A DNA stretch of 64,000 bases, taken from assembly GCA_977017645.1 (NCBI GenBank), contig OZ360221.1:175708001-175772000 (forward strand), in the 5' to 3' direction. Source of the stretch: Torpedo marmorata (lineage: Eukaryota). The notes beneath the pieces were generated by a model that was not told the origin of the DNA, did no database searches, and worked only from the letters and a program-made list of their open reading frames with translations. A program made the translations under genes and the position numbers. Below are positions 60,536-64,000 of this stretch, piece after piece (within the stretch, counting starts at the first letter, position 1; every line of letters begins with the position of its first letter).

Positions 60536-63019
60536 GAAACCTGGGTTTGTCAATAGCTCATTTTGAGTACGACCTTTTAGAAAGTTGTTCAGTTGCAGTG
60601 ATGGCAAGAACTGAAGTTGATAGTGGACATACTGCGAGAATGAAATGCTACAAAAGATAAAAACCAAGGGCTTTTACCCCACTTTTTCCCACAACCATCA
60701 CTATTCTCCCCCTCGAGCATGAGGCCATGTCGACCAGTTGTGATGTTCTTTTCGCTGCCACAGATAAAATTAGTCACAGCATAAAAGATGGGAATTTGCT
60801 CTGGGATTGATAATTTGGCCGTGAGATTTTGGCTCAATGTACTTTTAGTTTGTAACAGTCACTCTCAAGTGGCATTTCTGAGCATGATATTCTTGAATCA
60901 AGTTATTTTTACAAACTCTTAATGAGCTACCATTGTATTATAACAAATATTCCAGTTTCAGCACAAGTGTATCTAGCTTTGTGCTATTACAATAATGATG
61001 CCACGTTCGATACAACTCCAAGAGGAAATGTTACTGCATTATCACACTGCTCACGTTACAGAAATACTTCACTAATTCTGTTACATGAAAATGAAATAAT
61101 TATATAGATAATATAATAATATGAATGTCATCTTCATTATATCTCTGGAAAATACTGATACTTTTACGATGTTCAGGTGACTGGCGAATGAAATATATTT
61201 CAGGTCCCTGATGTGCATCTTTCCCTATGGGTCAAATTTTCAAGCTCATTTCACACCAGAGTCATGCAGTCAGGACACCTCAGTACCAGTTAACGCAGTC
61301 TGGGTTTGAGCCCTGAACTTGAGCCGATGGGCTGGTGATGGCTGAACCAAGCGCCTCAGGCAGTTTGCATACTGCTTTTGTAATTTTAGTGTAACTGTTT
61401 AGCACCATTGGGAAAGGAGCAACTCACCTTAAATTGGCAATGTAGTTTATTTTTTCTAAACTCACCAGTACATGAAAAATCTATAACATGTAGAGTAGTT
61501 ACTTCAAAGGATACCTTGCCTTGGCAGTACATGAGAGAACAATAGTCAGAATCATGCTCTTTTCATAGAAAATCTAATTCTTTGAACATATTCATGCTGC
61601 TTGTAAACCAACATAAATCTTAATGATGATTTCTAATGAACATGTGTTGAGATTTTATTTCTAGCTTTAAACGATGGGATAAAAATCTGTAATCAACTTC
61701 TTAACATTACAAAAACACCTCTGGTTCGATCTTTATAATTCAAAGCACATGTCTCGTATGGGTCACACACCCTGAAGCCTGGAACATTTAGGCGTAGATT
61801 GGCCAGATACTAGTCATACAATTTTTCTTTATTTCATTGAGTTACATCAGAAATGAACTGCTTTTAACATCAGACTATTAATCTCTCTGATGTTCCACAC
61901 CTAGGATTCCTGGCCCTAATAGGACATTGGCTCCAGGCTTATATGAAGATGCATGGGAAGAATCTGGTGTTGAGGATTTCATGAATGACCAAGACTGACA
62001 GGTCATTTATCACTGATGACTTGCTGTTCTCAGAGCCTGTCTTGTTTGAGCATTGAATTCTCAGAGACAAAGAAATGCTTTTTAACTGTCTGAAAAGTCC
62101 TGGTGCAGCTTCATTCAGGTTTCCTATTTCCAATAATGGAAATTCCCAAGTGTAGCCATTCCCAACGAACACTCCTTTTAAATCTATTCCTTTAGTTGAT
62201 GGTTTTAAAAGCTATCAAAAAGATTTGTTGCTGTTCTGTATACAAAGCAAATCGTTACTTATAAGTGTGAAATGTTGAAAGGGATCACATGTTCTTAAGG
62301 ACCCATAAATGCTTGAGTAATAGATATTATGACAACAAATTTAAAAATACATTGTGTTGTTGGAAATTTCATTTGGGGGTTGGAATCTCTTTTCATGTGA
62401 AGTGTCACAGTTATACAATTGGGTCAACAGTATTCAATCTCACAACACTGAAGCCTCTGTATGTTCATTTTGGGTGGAGACCAAGCAAAAATCAGTGGTT
62501 TTACATAAACTTCACAGCTATAGAAAATAAGTGTTCAGTTGAGAAAATATATTAGTATTGAAAGTGAATTGAAGAAATCTGATGGAATTTGGAATAACTT
62601 CTCAAAGGAAGCAGGTATCTTGCCAGTTCTGAGCAAGAATTTTGCATAGATTTGACTTCTTAATTTCCTTTCTCGTACAATGCTAAATCCCTATCAGAAA
62701 CAAACCTAGAAAAGAATTTTACAGGATCTAAAAATGTCTTCAATTAGAGTATTGAAACAAACCAAAATTTTTCTTTGTTTTTATTTAAGTCAAAAATCAA
62801 ACAGTAAATACAGATGTCCGCCCATGAATGAGTGAACTTTCGTCTTAGAAAATATAAAAATTTAGACTGCATGAAAACCACTTAATAAATCTTGACAATC
62901 TTTCCTATTAGTGTTGCCCTATCCTGAGAAAGTCAAAATAAAAAGGAAGAAAATTGAAGCTGATTCTGGAAAAATGCATGAATGGTTTTCCAGCTCCCTA
63001 AGTTAAACGAGCCTGTGAA

Positions 63020-64000
63020 TTGTCCTCCTCCTTTGGAAGCATAGCATTCCCTCTGCCAAAATTGCCAAATCTCTCATGTATATTTCCTTCATTTACCCCC
63101 TCCTATTTTCTCACCACATCTGTACCTCAGCAAACCAGCAAGAGAGTTCCCTTGGTCCTCACCTTTCACCACCAGCCTCTGAATCCAACATATCATCCTC
63201 CGACATTTCTGCTAGTTCTAACGCTATCCCCCCACGAGTCACTGCTTACTCTCCACCTACCACCCTCACCACCCCCCTGCCCTTACACTTTCTACATGGA
63301 CTGCTCTATCTGTGACACCCTGGTGCAGTCATTCCTCCCCATCCCTGCAATCATAGGAGGTGTAATGCCTGTCCCTTTACCCTCCTCTCCCCCCACCATC
63401 CAGGAACCTAAACAGCCCTTCCAGAGCAGGCAAAGGTTCACCTGCACCTCTTCCAACCTGATCTCATGATGTGACCTCCTCTACATTGGGGAAATGAAGT
63501 GTGGACTGGGCAACTGTTTAGCAGAGTACCTGCGCTCTGTCCACAGCGGTTATCTCAAGTTTCTAGTTGCATGTCATTTTAACTCTCCTTCCTACTTGTA
63601 CACTGAGCAGTCTGTCCTCAGCCTTCTCCATTGCTGTGGAAAGACCAAACGCAAATTGGAAGAGCAACATCTTTTCATCTACTTTGGTAGCTTACAAACC
63701 AATGTTGTGACTTTTCAATTTCAGGTATCCACATCACCAGTACTCTCCTCCCACACACACCCCTGTCCATCTAGCTTTCCTCTTCCATCTGCTTCTCCCA
63801 TCAGTCTATCATCCCCTCCCTATCCGATTCCACTTATCAGTTACCTGCCTCTATTCCACCCTCGACATATTGTTACATACCAGTATTGGTAGCCTTTCCT
63901 GTTCCGTGATGCAGAATTTTGACCCAAAATGTTGACTTGCACCTTTTGCCTCCACTGTTTCTTGAGTTTTCCCCCATTCTTGAATTGGATCTGGATTCCA
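63020..64000 (+). mobile_element. Degenerate Penelope-like element, GIY-YIG endonuclease region and terminal repeat
   Basis: RVPLVLTFH, QRFTCTSSNLI, LYIGE, VACHFNSP and RKLEEQHL..GSLQ motifs, followed by a pyrimidine-rich UTR and a degenerate tgatg....ttgaccc.aaa.gttgact motif. Confidence 0.8.

Noticed and set aside
62459-62500. YVHF.. peptide as the next TNS3 exon after PSQKR
   Set aside because: No AG acceptor in front, and the following residues (GWRPSK) do not match the expected SGLLSG; the next exon probably lies beyond 64000.

Overview
This window is eukaryotic, intron-rich vertebrate DNA. The repeat families suggest a cartilaginous fish, probably a ray or skate (inference). Five small + strand coding exons of a tensin-3 (TNS3) orthologue encode the N-terminal PTEN-like PTP domain: 7524-7695, 14676-14726, 33298-33420, 45620-45684 and 49332-49415. 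They total 495 nt over about 42 kb, are all GT-AG, and splice into one open frame. The introns are packed with nested retroelements (L1/Tx1-type, CR1, Rex1/Babar, Penelope-derived repeats, tRNA-SINEs) and Tc1/pogo and hAT MITEs. Many junctions can be resolved to the base through target-site duplications (TSDs). Almost all ORFs in the supplied track are TE fragments or noise. The most notable observations are: (1) a TG..CA-bounded, CpG-rich, solo-LTR-like element with ZNF143/CRE/NRF1 motifs and a consensus splice donor facing the TNS3 exon; (2) a TNS3 PTP domain with both WPD Asp and an intact CX5R; (3) an uninterrupted ~810-codon L1 ORF2 missing from the ORF track; (4) a twin-priming-type inverted L1; (5) a recurrent C/AA L1 target site; (6) hammerhead-like motifs in Penelope-derived repeats; (7) a non-coding element with a Rex1-like tail and YY1 motifs. 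I found no clear new multi-gene system; the findings are hypotheses to test.
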